From a virus (lineage: Duplodnaviria; Caudoviricetes), in IMG/VR virus record IMGVR_UViG_3300006735_000044, positions 1-54,447 of that record: a stretch of 54,447 nt of DNA; one strand, 5' to 3'. Below, piece by piece: positions 31,026-39,122 of this stretch. The position numbers and the translations under genes were made by a program. How positions within the stretch are numbered: the first letter of the stretch is position 1; every line of letters begins with the position of its first letter. The notes beneath the pieces were generated by a model. The model had not been told where the DNA came from. It worked only from the letters and a program-made list of their open reading frames with translations, and ran no database searches.

Positions 31026-32725
31026 TCTAATCCCTCCACTTTTAATGCAGCAAATCTAATTGCTTCTCTTGCACTGGCGGTGATACTAGCGGCTATATCT
31101 ACATCAGACCAACCAAAACCCTGATACCCGATGATACCATAAAAACTCGCCATCAAACGCTTTACTGCTAACTGATTGTTATTCCATTTAATCTTATCAT
31201 CTTTAGTAGTCGCTTCTTTCATTTTCTTTTTATACTCATCTCTCAATGCTTTTAATTCTAAAACTGACTTAGGTAATATTCCTAATTCATCAGTCTTATA
31301 ATACAACATTGTTTCAGTTTTAACAGGTGAGAAATCTCTAGGGGTAGAAATGTTTACAGCAAATTCTGTTGGAACATCTGATTTAGTTTCCCAAGATATA
31401 TTACGTGCTATCATCATTGATGGGTATAGTTGTGCATAATCAAATGCTGCTACTCCTTGATGTAGGCCATTAGTATTTTCTTTTAATGGGTCATATATCA
31501 TTGCTCCTTCGTAGTTAATCTTAACACCATCAGTTGATGATGGCGCTTTCCACCAAGCATTACGCATGAAATATATTCCTCCCATATTGCTTGCATAAAA
31601 ACACGCATTAAACGGGGCTTTGATTAAACGCTGTAATGATAATACCGCTTCTGATAAATAGTTTGTTTCATCTAACTCTTTAATTAGTTCTACATCTATT
31701 AAGGCATACTGTAAATATGTATCAGAATCTTCTAACCAACCTCTTCTGAAAAACTCCTGCTTATCAGGAAACTTTTCACTAACTAATTTCTTAGAACCTA
31801 GAACTAGGTTTGATACATAATCTAACGATAGTGAAGGAAGAGTACCTCGTTGAGCATCATTCCATTGTCTTTCAAATGCTACATCTAAACTTAGAGTTAT
31901 TCTTCCTTTAATAGGTTGTTCAATAGGACCAAAAAAATCTCTGTTAAAAGAATAACTATTCTTATTATTCTTGAATCCATCAACTTCCCAAACAGGTGAT
32001 AATAACCTAGCATCTAGATTAAGTGCAGCACATCTTTCTAATAATTTAGGTAAATCGAATCTGTTTCCAAACCAAGATATTAACATATCAGGGTCTTGTT
32101 TATTTATTACTGTTAGGAAATAAAGTATCATTGCTTTCTCATTATCAAAGATAAACTCTTCTGTATCTTCTCTTACAGTATTTTCACTTAAGATTCTTTT
32201 TGTAGGAAACCAACTATATCTATAAAACTTCTTTTCAAAATTATCGTACATAACTATACAAGTTATATCTCCATCATATTCTCCACCTTGCATCCATTCC
32301 ATATCCCAATAACACTTTCTTAAATCATATTCAGGAAATCCTTTTTCGCCAAAAGAACGTATCGCTTCGGTATTACCCTTGCTAAATACATCAACAGCAT
32401 ATCTATGTGTATATCTTACGTCTGCTTCAAAGGTAGTAGTGAACTCATCTTTTACCTTTCTCATCTCTTGAGGGTTTTTACAGTAAACTCTAGTTAAAGG
32501 TAAGTTTTGTAGATTTTTATATGCTGAAAATTCTTCATAAGTTACAGTTAATACTTTACTATTACCCCATCTATCTCTAGTAATAATATTCTCAGGTTTA
32601 GAATCACTTGCTAAAATATAAAAATATGGTCTAAAAACAGAGTGGGGAGTGATACAGGATTCCCTTTTACCTGTATCATCTCTCCATGCTGTGTATATTC
32701 CTTCTGTTGTTTCACTAATTATCAT
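31022..32725 (-). CDS. polB: Family B DNA polymerase, N-terminal subunit (3'-5' exonuclease plus motifs A and B)
   Basis: ExoI WDMEW, ExoII SWFGNRFDLP, ExoIII YALIDV, YEGA, motif A FDYAQLYPS, motif B KRLMASFYG; ends just before motif C. Confidence 0.9.
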   Translation of the reverse strand: MIISETTEGIYTAWRDDTGKRESCITPHSVFRPYFYILASDSKPENIITRDRWGNSKVLTVTYEEFSAYKNLQNLPLTRVYCKNPQEMRKVKDEFTTTFEADVRYTHRYAVDVFSKGNTEAIRSFGEKGFPEYDLRKCYWDMEWMQGGEYDGDITCIVMYDNFEKKFYRYSWFPTKRILSENTVREDTEEFIFDNEKAMILYFLTVINKQDPDMLISWFGNRFDLPKLLERCAALNLDARLLSPVWEVDGFKNNKNSYSFNRDFFGPIEQPIKGRITLSLDVAFERQWNDAQRGTLPSLSLDYVSNLVLGSKKLVSEKFPDKQEFFRRGWLEDSDTYLQYALIDVELIKELDETNYLSEAVLSLQRLIKAPFNACFYASNMGGIYFMRNAWWKAPSSTDGVKINYEGAMIYDPLKENTNGLHQGVAAFDYAQLYPSMMIARNISWETKSDVPTEFAVNISTPRDFSPVKTETMLYYKTDELGILPKSVLELKALRDEYKKKMKEATTKDDKIKWNNNQLAVKRLMASFYGIIGYQGFGWSDVDIAASITASAREAIRFAALKVEGLE

Positions 32726-32730
32726 ATATA

Positions 32731-33519
32731 TTACCTCGGATTAAATCTTGGTGCTTTAATTAATACCCTATTAGGGGATGTAATTAATACAGGAAAGTCA
32801 TCCTTAAGATAGATGGTAGTTATCCCATCTAAAAAATGTGCAAACTCACCTGTTAATTCTACTATTGCTTCTTCACCTTCAACAGTTAATGTTTCAGGAT
32901 ATACTACAATCTTTTCTGTATTAACTTCAGGGATACTGATTCTAAAATCAGTAGAAGTAGATTCTAGTATATACCTAGATGTATTAGCCACATCACAAGT
33001 AATACAGGCATCTTGTAATGAATCAGAAGTTAACATAACTGCTGCTTCAAACTGAACATTAGCCTTACCAAATGTAGGTAGATTAGTTACATCCTTTCCT
33101 TCTAAATCAATATTTCTAACCAACTGAATCATAGAGTAAGATGGATGGCTAATTACTGATGGTATTGTAGCGCTCTTAGTTGAAGTATCTAGTTGAATTG
33201 TTTCACCAATAGTCACTCTAACCAATCCCTTCATTGGTTTAAGATACTTCTTCAACTTAGAAATATCAAGAACAGATTCACCCCCAATGTGAACCATGTT
33301 CAAGTTTTCGTTATCTTGTATTTTAACAGAACAAGCCGTAGAGTCATTTGCATTATACAAAGTAATTGTTGATTGGTGTTCTTCACCTGTTTCAGCAACT
33401 ATATATGCATATTCTGATAATGACTTAATTTTAGTCGTACCACCATTAGGATATTTACCTCTTAATGCTACTGCACTTAATACATCAATAAATTTTTTAC
33501 TGTCTATTACAAATCTCAT
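32731..33519 (-). CDS. pcn: PCNA-like DNA sliding clamp
   Basis: 262 aa, two-domain clamp pattern ending IYLKDDFPVLI...LIKAPR; adjacent to polB, with RFC and PIP boxes nearby. Confidence 0.75.
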   Translation of the reverse strand: MRFVIDSKKFIDVLSAVALRGKYPNGGTTKIKSLSEYAYIVAETGEEHQSTITLYNANDSTACSVKIQDNENLNMVHIGGESVLDISKLKKYLKPMKGLVRVTIGETIQLDTSTKSATIPSVISHPSYSMIQLVRNIDLEGKDVTNLPTFGKANVQFEAAVMLTSDSLQDACITCDVANTSRYILESTSTDFRISIPEVNTEKIVVYPETLTVEGEEAIVELTGEFAHFLDGITTIYLKDDFPVLITSPNRVLIKAPRFNPR

Positions 33520-34418
33520 AATTTACCCTCACGTAGTTCAGGGATACCTGACCATACATTTTCACCATTGGTAACAAATACAGTCCATTCCTTTCCTACT
33601 ATCGAGGGATTTGTTTTACTTGCTTGTAATTCAGCAATATAATTAGTTGTTGCTCCACTCTTAATTTTATTAATGTGTATCATTTGGGTAAATCTAGCAG
33701 GTGTAGATTTATGCCAATCAGGTACAACACCAATAGGTACAGGGTTGACTATATTACCATAGATAGGTTTCATATGTGTTATCAAAAACCTATCTGCATT
33801 AATAGCAATAAACGCATCTAAAAGACGATTGTAAACTCTATTTCTAATCTTCCAATCTAATGGTTTAACTGTTACCGAATCAGTATCATGTATAATTAAA
33901 CCATCTCTCTTTGAAGACCTTACCAAATGTTGCCTTAACACATCACCCGACCCTTCATATGCTTTATCAACACCATCAAAGATTATTGATTTAACAAGTA
34001 TTCCTTCTGCAATCTCTTCCTTAACATATGTTATGAAAGAATGTGCATTTTGAAATGTCTCATTCCAATCAACTGTTCCATCACTTTTCATCTCAATAGG
34101 ATTGAAGATTACTATATTTTCATCTCTACCCCATCCTGAATCCCATGTAGGTTCTGCACCATCATCAAAATCTAAAACGAATACTTTGTATCCTTTTTCT
34201 ATTTCTTCTTCGGTTCTACAATCCATTGCTGTTCCTGTTTTACCTACCTTCGGGTCGCCAGTAATAGAACACAATAAAAAGGATTTCTCCCTTTCATTTC
34301 GTGCCTTAATCTGTGCCTTAATCCTCGCCTTTGCTTCTGCAAAAGTGTCACTGTTATCTTCTGTTTTTTCTGTATTCCAACTCATTTTTATCACCATTAA
34401 ATTCAGGATAAACATCAT
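33516..34418 (-). CDS. RecA-superfamily / Sak4-like (AAA_24) ATPase, putative recombinase (likely start 34385)
   Basis: Walker A ITGDPKVGKT, VLDFDDG, Walker B IIFDG, LITHMK; next to SSB-like gene. Confidence 0.7.
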   Translation of the reverse strand: MMFILNLMVIKMSWNTEKTEDNSDTFAEAKARIKAQIKARNEREKSFLLCSITGDPKVGKTGTAMDCRTEEEIEKGYKVFVLDFDDGAEPTWDSGWGRDENIVIFNPIEMKSDGTVDWNETFQNAHSFITYVKEEIAEGILVKSIIFDGVDKAYEGSGDVLRQHLVRSSKRDGLIIHDTDSVTVKPLDWKIRNRVYNRLLDAFIAINADRFLITHMKPIYGNIVNPVPIGVVPDWHKSTPARFTQMIHINKIKSGATTNYIAELQASKTNPSIVGKEWTVFVTNGENVWSGIPELREGKL

Positions 34419-34623
34419 TACCCTTAGACATAGCCCATTCTCCTAATATGGAATTGACTTCTGTCTCACTTACTTTTATTCTTATTTCTTTGCTAGAAGG
34501 TAAATGCATTTTCAACCAGTATTCACCACTCTCTTCATTTAATCTAACTGTTAGAAATTCTACTGTTTCCAATGGAACAGCAAAACTATGACTATGTATT
34601 ATCTGTCCTGATATCTGATACAT
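34354..34623 (-). CDS. Hypothetical protein
   Basis: ORF with GAGGA SD between SSB and ATPase. Confidence 0.55.
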   Translation of the reverse strand: MYQISGQIIHSHSFAVPLETVEFLTVRLNEESGEYWLKMHLPSSKEIRIKVSETEVNSILGEWAMSKGNDVYPEFNGDKNELEYRKNRR

Positions 34624-34632
34624 ATTATATCC

Positions 34633-35904
34633 TCAGAACCAATCTGTATCATCTTCAACAGGAATCTCTACTTCTACAACCTTACCTCTCTTAGAAGTTA
34701 CAAGTAGTCCACTAACATTTAATGTAGTTCCATCTAAAGAACCATCTTCATTTGTACGTTGTGAAGTTCTACCTACTACAATAATATCAGAACCTACACC
34801 AAAATCAATATCAATGCTACTAGGTATCCAACAAGTTGTTCCAACATAACCATCTCCATCATATTCAAAATCAGCATTTAAATCTGATATAGATACGATT
34901 CTGTTACCATTAGAAGTTGGGGTAAGAATCATACTTGCCACATTACCATCAGTAATAACAAACCTTTCTAAGTATGTTTTAGATAGATTCATACTATGCG
35001 CTCTATCTAAATCATTCAATGGTACATAATGCTCTCTAGCATATTCCATCATTAAATCAGGTTTAGAAGTTTGACTCATATCTCTCTTAGAATCAGAATC
35101 ATCAGGCAACTCATCATTAACAACTAATGAAGCAAGAGTTCTTGTAGTTATACCATGAATCTTACTACTATAAAAACTGTTTATAATACAATTAAATGAT
35201 ACCCATGTAAAGGTTTTAGGTTCAAACGCCTTAGAAGAATCACCTTTGTAATTAAAGTAGTACCTACCAAAATTACCATCAACTTCTCCTACAAATACAC
35301 CACTTCGCCTAAACTCTTCTTTAGGTAATGGCTTACCATAGTTAGGATTTGGGTCTTCTCTATATTTAGCAACTGCATCTAAAGGTACTATCCACCAGTT
35401 TTCATCATCTAACGGCATTGCTCCCGCAGGTAATGTCTGAATATGTCTTTCTTGTCTTTCACCTTCATGATACCTAATTACCTGATAAGTACCATCTTCA
35501 AATTGATTGACGGATGCTACTTTACCTGATTCAAGAGTAGTTTGTTTATCCATATTATATTCATTGAATACATTATTTCTACTCCATTCCATCATATCTC
35601 TAGATTCATCTAAAGATACAAACATACCAAATGCTTGCTTTAACCAACCGTTGCTAGGTGCATTGGTCGGGCTTTCGTTATTATCGGCAGAATCTTTCTT
35701 TCTTGACATCATTACACTTGCAACGAATTGTCTCCATAGATTCATCACAACTAAAGGTTCTTCATTTTTATCTAAACCATTTTGTTGACAGATTTCATCT
35801 ATCTTTAGAACAGCATCTTCTAGACTTAAATCTACACGACCTGCTCCCAATTCCACTTCTTTCATTAATTTCTCAATATTTTCATTATTTTCCATTTTTT
35901 TCAC
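34633..35904 (-). CDS. RPA-like single-stranded DNA-binding protein (likely start 35895)
   Basis: C-terminal OB-fold pattern (ITDGNV...RIVSISD...TCW...GSDIIVVGRT...LNVSG) and acidic-aromatic tail EDDTDWF. Confidence 0.6.
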   Translation of the reverse strand: MKKMENNENIEKLMKEVELGAGRVDLSLEDAVLKIDEICQQNGLDKNEEPLVVMNLWRQFVASVMMSRKKDSADNNESPTNAPSNGWLKQAFGMFVSLDESRDMMEWSRNNVFNEYNMDKQTTLESGKVASVNQFEDGTYQVIRYHEGERQERHIQTLPAGAMPLDDENWWIVPLDAVAKYREDPNPNYGKPLPKEEFRRSGVFVGEVDGNFGRYYFNYKGDSSKAFEPKTFTWVSFNCIINSFYSSKIHGITTRTLASLVVNDELPDDSDSKRDMSQTSKPDLMMEYAREHYVPLNDLDRAHSMNLSKTYLERFVITDGNVASMILTPTSNGNRIVSISDLNADFEYDGDGYVGTTCWIPSSIDIDFGVGSDIIVVGRTSQRTNEDGSLDGTTLNVSGLLVTSKRGKVVEVEIPVEDDTDWF

Positions 35905-35917
35905 CTTTTCTTTTTTT

Positions 35918-36868
35918 TCATATCATTTGCGCTATCATCCAACTTGCTAATAACTTTGGAGTCATGGTTTTACTACGCCATTCAGCCTCCCCGATTACTC
36001 GCAGATATTGGAATTTCTTTTTGTGTTGCATTTCTTTTGTTACAACAGCATCATGTAAATTAACACATAACGATGCCATATCAATAGAATTGTAAATCAT
36101 TTTGTGTACCTCGTCTAATGCTTCTTCATATTTATTTTCATTTAACATATTAATTATAATAACATACGGCTCAAGGCTTTCTTGATTTATTTTTGACAAG
36201 GGACTCTTACTAGAAATTGATGCTTGTAATTCGGTAATCCCTCTACGAATATCACCATGTAGCCCCAATATAAAAGAATCGAGTTCATCTTTATCAACTG
36301 TTGATACGTTTTCTAGTGTTAATATCCTATTTAGGATAAAGGCCATGTTTTCATCACTCAACCTAATGAATAGATAGTTAGCACACCTAGATTGTAATGG
36401 ATATATTATCCTGTTTCTTTCATTACAAGTTATTATGAATCTACAATTTTCTGAATAGCGTTCCATAATCCTTTTTAAGGCGTTTTGCGCATCCTTAGTC
36501 ATACCATCCATCTCATCAAGTAAAACTATTTTGAATGGAACATCACCTATTTTAGATGTGGATGCTATTTCCTTAATCTTAGTCCTAACTGTTTCGAGTT
36601 TCCTGTCATCTGAGGCATTTATCTCAAAGAAATTTGAATCCTTAAAATTACCTAACAGGTCATTAGCCAATGCTCCTGCTAATGCGGTTTTACCTGTACC
36701 CGCTACACCATACAAAAGCAAATTAGGCATCTCTTTATTTTGTATCCATTCTTCTGCATCCATAATTAAATTATAATGACCTACTATCTCATCTAAGTGT
36801 TGAGGTCTATATTTTTCAGTCCATAACATTTTATTCATCTCCTTTAGGTGTATATACCCAAGTACCAT
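35918..36868 (-). CDS. rfcS: Replication factor C small subunit (clamp loader; likely start 36829 or 36838)
   Basis: LWTEKYRP, GVAGTGKT, EINASD, LLDEMD, AQNALKR, SRC, GDIR. Confidence 0.93.
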   Translation of the reverse strand: MVLGYIHLKEMNKMLWTEKYRPQHLDEIVGHYNLIMDAEEWIQNKEMPNLLLYGVAGTGKTALAGALANDLLGNFKDSNFFEINASDDRKLETVRTKIKEIASTSKIGDVPFKIVLLDEMDGMTKDAQNALKRIMERYSENCRFIITCNERNRIIYPLQSRCANYLFIRLSDENMAFILNRILTLENVSTVDKDELDSFILGLHGDIRRGITELQASISSKSPLSKINQESLEPYVIIINMLNENKYEEALDEVHKMIYNSIDMASLCVNLHDAVVTKEMQHKKKFQYLRVIGEAEWRSKTMTPKLLASWMIAQMI

Positions 36869-37088
36869 TTCTAACTATATCATATTCAGGCATTTGATAC
36901 ATTAAATTCACTATAACATTAGTCATAGAATTAACGTGCCGATGCAAACGACCTTTATTATTTTTATAATTATTAATAAATGTCATTATCTCTTGAATAT
37001 TCATTTCTTCTTCTGCTCTTTCATTTCCTAATTCATGCAATGCTATATATCTATAATAATTTTTATTGTTTCTTCCCATTATAACCAC
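36831..37088 (-). CDS. Small hypothetical protein, possible winged HTH
   Basis: MNIQEI..FI helix pattern and GTWVY wing-like end. Confidence 0.45.
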   Translation of the reverse strand: MVIMGRNNKNYYRYIALHELGNERAEEEMNIQEIMTFINNYKNNKGRLHRHVNSMTNVIVNLMYQMPEYDIVRNGTWVYTPKGDE

Positions 37089-37939
37089 TTATCCAATTTT
37101 GTTGTAACAACCGTTGGTTGCTTTGTTTTCACTTTCTTCTTTTCTCCTAATTTTAGGAGTCTACATTGTCTATTATCTAGCCTAGACTTAGCATAATTTC
37201 TAAATTCATCATCTTCTAATAGATGTTTTAGTAGGTGTTGTTGTTCTCTTTTTAATTTTAATCTTCTACATATATCCCGCATTTCACTTTGTGGTCTACG
37301 TTTTGGCATAACTAATTTACCGTAAGTTTTACCCTCATGAGAGTAGGCTAATAACTCATAAAAATAGTCTGATGACCATTTTCTTTTAACTTCTGAATCA
37401 ATATACATTAGTTTGTTAGGATGTACATTCTGTCCTAACCAACTTAGTAACTGTGAATCAGAAGGTTTGTTTATTTTTAATATCTCCAATACATCTTCTC
37501 TATCGGGATTCTTCAAGTAATCCATCATAATCTTAAATATATCCAAATCATATTCTTTTGGTGGATTACTCCTAGGTGATATTTCTTTTATCTTCAATAT
37601 ATCTTCTGAATCAGAAGTAGCCCTAGTCAATTTAACTAATTTAAGTATAGATTTAGGGACATCCTTTTGATTGGATGATGTTAATATAACTGTTCCCCTA
37701 TATTCTAGAATAGATTTAATGATTAAATCTGTCTTAGGTTTGATATTAACTTCTCGAATAATTAATCCTCTATTCCTAGGAAGGGAATAATTATCTTCTA
37801 TATCATATTCATCCGCATATCTAACAATAGGATTATCTGAATTGGATAAAAGCCCTAATGCCTTATCTATACAATTTCTATTTGATTTACCTACTATTAT
37901 TACTGGTCTTTGCTTGTTTTTCATTTTTATTAAACTCAT
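37079..37939 (-). CDS. Degenerate RFC large subunit-like protein
   Basis: RPVIIVG then eroded P-loop, LIIREVN (Walker B-like), VILTSSN, DIFK...WLGQN collar pattern, C-terminal PIP-like TKLDKWL; upstream of rfcS. Confidence 0.55.
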   Translation of the reverse strand: MSLIKMKNKQRPVIIVGKSNRNCIDKALGLLSNSDNPIVRYADEYDIEDNYSLPRNRGLIIREVNIKPKTDLIIKSILEYRGTVILTSSNQKDVPKSILKLVKLTRATSDSEDILKIKEISPRSNPPKEYDLDIFKIMMDYLKNPDREDVLEILKINKPSDSQLLSWLGQNVHPNKLMYIDSEVKRKWSSDYFYELLAYSHEGKTYGKLVMPKRRPQSEMRDICRRLKLKREQQHLLKHLLEDDEFRNYAKSRLDNRQCRLLKLGEKKKVKTKQPTVVTTKLDKWL

Positions 37940-38231
37940 TTTTAATCCTCACATCTAATGCTTCATCATAATCAGCACCACAATTATCACACTTTACTTG
38001 AATAATAAACCACTTTAGTTTACCTTCTTCTAATATTCCCGCATTATAGCCGAAATTACTACTACCGCACTCTCTACAACCTTCTTTCATTTTCATTATC
38101 ATAGAAGATTCTAGTATTTGTTCATCTGTTGCTTGTTCTTTAGGTTCATTGAGAAAGTTTACAGCAATCTTACAAGTGCTACATAGTTGATTCTCTTCAA
38201 CCTCAAAAACATTACAACGATGACACCGCAT
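37887..38231 (-). CDS. Double Zn-ribbon protein
   Basis: CHRC...CSTC and CREC...CDNC. Confidence 0.65.
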   Translation of the reverse strand: MRCHRCNVFEVEENQLCSTCKIAVNFLNEPKEQATDEQILESSMIMKMKEGCRECGSSNFGYNAGILEEGKLKWFIIQVKCDNCGADYDEALDVRIKNEFNKNEKQAKTSNNSR

Positions 38232-38629
38232 TATATCACCCCTTTCAATTCTAAAATCTCATCTAAACCTTGTTCGGTATGTTGGCGGTTAGAATCAACT
38301 ATCGTTACTATCTGTTTGAATGTTTTCCACTCTCCCTTTACACTAGGTAAATTATCAGGAACAATATTACATAAGTTCCATAAATTTTTTTTACCTGTTA
38401 TAGTTAATATTGGTCTAGGTCTAGTTTTATGTTCTTCTTCTTTGTATTTAGCGACTATCTCATGTTGTAGAAGTGTGCGTTGAACACCTAACAAGAACTC
38501 TTTCTGACCTCTAAAACTAACCTTAAGCCTAACTCTATACCCAATGTGAGTTTCCTTGTCTCTAGAGACATTAACTTCACACTTAGGATGTGTTAATAAT
38601 ATTCCTTCAAGTTGGCTTCGGTTAAACAT
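38231..38629 (-). CDS. LAGLIDADG-like endonuclease-fold protein, probably catalytically degenerate
   Basis: QLEGILLTHP at the LAGLIDADG helix position, YRVRLKVSF, I-CreI-like C-terminus HTEQGLDEILELK. Confidence 0.6.
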   Translation of the reverse strand: MFNRSQLEGILLTHPKCEVNVSRDKETHIGYRVRLKVSFRGQKEFLLGVQRTLLQHEIVAKYKEEEHKTRPRPILTITGKKNLWNLCNIVPDNLPSVKGEWKTFKQIVTIVDSNRQHTEQGLDEILELKGVI

Positions 38630-38633
38630 GATA

Positions 38634-39122
38634 TCATTCCCAATAATTCTCTTTTATTTCTGATGCAATTTCATCTTGTTCTCGCACAATATGTTGTGTA
38701 CCGTGTATTGGAACTTCCAACCAGTACCAATGTCTAGGTGATAGTCGCTTATCACCGTTTCTAATTGCGTTATTTTGAGCCTCTAGTGCTAGGTTAGCAA
38801 TAAGAGTTTCAATATGGTCACGCACAAAATAAACTAAATCCCTAGATATTGACATATCAACATCTTCCTTTATAATTTTCATTATATTAATGGTCTTTGC
38901 TTTATGCCTTTTCTGTTTCTTAATCTTTGCTTTAATTACTAATGCCTTATTAGGCGTAATTAGTTCTTTTGAATCAGAATCTATATACGGACAAGTATCT
39001 TTATCAACTTCAATAGTTCTTTTTGGATTACCCACTGGCTGTAATATTGCCGTATTTTGATAGACTCTAATACATCTATATGGGTAATCATCAATTATAG
39101 TCATCATATCTACATCAATCAT
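38634..39122 (-). CDS. Protein with C-terminal archaeal histone fold
   Basis: IMKIIKE...SISRDLV...IETLIANLALEAQNNAIRNGDKRLSPRH matches HMf helix1-L1-helix2-L2; basic linker; extra N-terminal domain. Confidence 0.65.
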   Translation of the reverse strand: MIDVDMMTIIDDYPYRCIRVYQNTAILQPVGNPKRTIEVDKDTCPYIDSDSKELITPNKALVIKAKIKKQKRHKAKTINIMKIIKEDVDMSISRDLVYFVRDHIETLIANLALEAQNNAIRNGDKRLSPRHWYWLEVPIHGTQHIVREQDEIASEIKENYWE

